Assembly: GCA_963737655.1 (NCBI GenBank)
Contig: CAVTTN010000002.1
Span: 4,896,001-4,960,000, forward strand
DNA from: an uncultured Planctomycetota bacterium
Lineage (GTDB): Bacteria; Planctomycetota; Planctomycetia; Isosphaerales; Isosphaeraceae
Direction: 5' to 3'
Length of the DNA: 64,000 nt
In this document: positions 62,287 through 64,000 of the stretch, in pieces
Layout of the letters: the number at the start of each line of letters is the position of its first letter
How positions within the stretch are numbered: position 1 is the first letter of the stretch
The notes under the pieces: generated by a model
Told to the model about the DNA's origin: nothing
Databases searched by the model: none
Seen by the model: the letters and a program-made list of their open reading frames with translations, nothing else
Program-made: the position numbers and the translations under genes

Positions 62287-63282
62287 ATGAAAGCCGCGTA
62301 CATTGAGGCCACCGGGCCGCCCGATTCGATCGTCGTCGGGGACTTGCTCACGCCCGAGCCGGGGCCGGGTGAAGTGCTCGTGAAGGTCGCCGTGGTGGGG
62401 CTGAACCCGATCGACCTCTACCTCCGGTCGGGCCTGGTCGCGATGCCGATGGCCTTCCCCTACGTGATCGGGACTGACCTGGCCGGGACGGTCGAGAAGC
62501 TCGGGCCGGGCGTCTCCCGGTTCGCCGTGGGGGATCGCGTCTGGGGGTCGGGCCAGGGACTGCTGGGCCGTCAGGGCGCCTGTTCGGAGTTCGCGGCGAT
62601 CCACGAAAGCCTGCTGGACCCGACCCCGCCGGACGTCTCCGACGCCGACGCCGCCGCCCTGGCCCTGACCGGGATCACCGCGCATCTCGGCCTGTTCGAG
62701 CATGGAAGACTCAAGGCCGGTGAGGCGGTGTATGTGCCCGGGGGGACCGGCGGGGTGGGCTCGATGGTCGTCCAGATGGCCCGGGCGGCCGGGGCCCGGG
62801 TGGCCACCTCGGCCGGGAGCGCGGAGAAGCAGGAGAGGTGCCGGGCCCTGGGCGCCGAGCTCGCCCTGAACTACAAGGAAGACGACATCCCGGCGAGGCT
62901 CCGCGAATTCGCGCCGGAGGGGCTGGACGTGTGGTTCGAGACCCAGAGAGAACCGAATCTCGAAGTCTCGATCCCGCTGATGAGGCCCCGGGGGCGGACG
63001 ATCCTGATCGCCGGGAGGGCGGCCAAGCCGGCCTTGCCGCTCGGGGCGTTCTATCCGAGGGGGCAATCGATCCACGGCTTCGCCATGTTCAACGCCACCC
63101 TCGACGAGCTTCGCCGCTGCGCCGAGGACATCAACCGCTGGGCCGAATCGGGCGAGCTCAAGCCGATCATCGGCAAGACGTTTCCGATGGCCGAGGCGGC
63201 GGCGGCCGAGGCGTTCCTGGAAGACAACACGGTCCGGGGGGCGGGGACGCTCTCGGGCAAGGTGCTGATCCAGGTCTCCTGA
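62287..63282 (+). CDS. NADPH:quinone reductase (zeta-crystallin/MDR family)
   Basis: NPID...R.G, G.D.AG.V, GG.GGVGS..VQ.A, GK..I. Confidence 0.92.
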   Translation: MKAAYIEATGPPDSIVVGDLLTPEPGPGEVLVKVAVVGLNPIDLYLRSGLVAMPMAFPYVIGTDLAGTVEKLGPGVSRFAVGDRVWGSGQGLLGRQGACSEFAAIHESLLDPTPPDVSDADAAALALTGITAHLGLFEHGRLKAGEAVYVPGGTGGVGSMVVQMARAAGARVATSAGSAEKQERCRALGAELALNYKEDDIPARLREFAPEGLDVWFETQREPNLEVSIPLMRPRGRTILIAGRAAKPALPLGAFYPRGQSIHGFAMFNATLDELRRCAEDINRWAESGELKPIIGKTFPMAEAAAAEAFLEDNTVRGAGTLSGKVLIQVS

Positions 63283-63293
63283 GCGTCGCGGGT

Positions 63294-64000
63294 CTAGCCG
63301 ATCCGGCCGGCGATGGCCGGGGCGACCGGGATGGGCCGGGTCATGGGGATCTCCCACGCCCGGATGGTGTCCCGCCCCTCGGCCTTGGCCCGGTAGAGGG
63401 CCTGGTCGGCCCGTCGGAGGAGCTCCTCCGGGTCGAGCTCGTCGGACGGAGGCGCCGAGGCGATCCCGACGCTGGCCGTGACCCGTTCGCCGTACGGGCG
63501 GTGGGGCTCGGCCATCCGGCCCAGGGCGATTCGGAAGCGGTCGGCCAGGGCCCAGGCGCCGAAGAGGTCGCAGTCCGAGGCGACGACCACGAACTCCTCG
63601 CCGCCGTAGCGGCCCACGAAGTCCGAGCCCCGGGCCGTGTCCTGGAGGATTCGGGCGGTCCCCTGGAGCACCAGGTCGCCCGCGGCGTGACCGTGGCGGT
63701 CGTTGATCGCCTTGAAGCGGTCGAGGTCGGCGATCAGGACCGACAGACTGGTCGCCCGTCGCGAGCACGCCGCCCATTCGGCCGGGAGCTGGGCTTCCAG
63801 GGCGTGACGGTTGCCCAGTCCGGTCAGGGCGTCCAGGTGCGCCTTCTTCTCCAGGAGGTCCTGGAAGTGCTTCGCCCGCAACGCGGCGCGGACCCGGGCC
63901 CTCAACTCCACGGGCTCGACCGGCTTGGACAGGAAGTCCACGGCGCCCAGGTCCAGGCCGCGGGCCTTCTTCTCGGTGGTCGCCAGCGCGGAGAAAAAGA
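63294..64000 (-). CDS. Diguanylate cyclase with receiver domain (5' end outside window)
   Basis: DFL.KP...EL.ARV, D.LTGL.NR, DLDRFK.IND..GH..GD, RxxD I-site (RGSD), GRYGGEEF. Confidence 0.93.
   Translation of the reverse strand, partial: FFSALATTEKKARGLDLGAVDFLSKPVEPVELRARVRAALRAKHFQDLLEKKAHLDALTGLGNRHALEAQLPAEWAACSRRATSLSVLIADLDRFKAINDRHGHAAGDLVLQGTARILQDTARGSDFVGRYGGEEFVVVASDCDLFGAWALADRFRIALGRMAEPHRPYGERVTASVGIASAPPSDELDPEELLRRADQALYRAKAEGRDTIRAWEIPMTRPIPVAPAIAGRIG

Noticed and set aside
1..64000. Prophage, integrative element, autonomous transposase (including RAYT) or defence island
   Set aside because: No integrase, transposase, phage structural or clustered defence genes were recognised. 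Only one TA pair is present.

Overview
High-GC window that looks like planctomycete chromosome, probably Isosphaeraceae-like. The assignment rests on a PVC-type small basic protein at 39795, a planctomycete 'ExxExRxLL'-type extracellular N-terminal motif at about 8890, and several planctomycete-style exported redoxin, ExbBD and lipoprotein genes. Most content is housekeeping or core-accessory: dapF, lon, prfA, rpmE2, cdd, aroC, purC, mfd, pdxJ, lemA-htpX, an aldehyde dehydrogenase, and one MntA/HepT toxin-antitoxin pair. About 14 genes, including mfd, are split by apparent single-base indels. Those I traced sit mostly in short C/G runs and are best explained as long-read consensus errors. I found no tRNA, rRNA, CRISPR array, integrase or transposase. 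The most notable items are: (i) several distinct intergenic palindrome families, including a ~120-145 bp REPIN/MITE-like element in three copies and a GTAG repeat whose ends supply the UAG stop codons of prfA and two other genes; (ii) two long perfect palindromes with 8-9 nt sub-repeats, one with a very AT-rich core, bracketing a redoxin/heme-c/copper-monooxygenase fusion gene; (iii) a Tat-exported ferritin-like protein that appears circularly permuted; (iv) a diadenylate-cyclase gene translationally coupled to a secreted protein downstream of exbB-exbD-exbD; (v) a kinase-less PAS-GAF-pseudoHisKA-REC protein beside two phosphatases; and (vi) a surface protein with a tandem DUF4114-type repeat. 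All family calls come from reading motifs; no database search was run.
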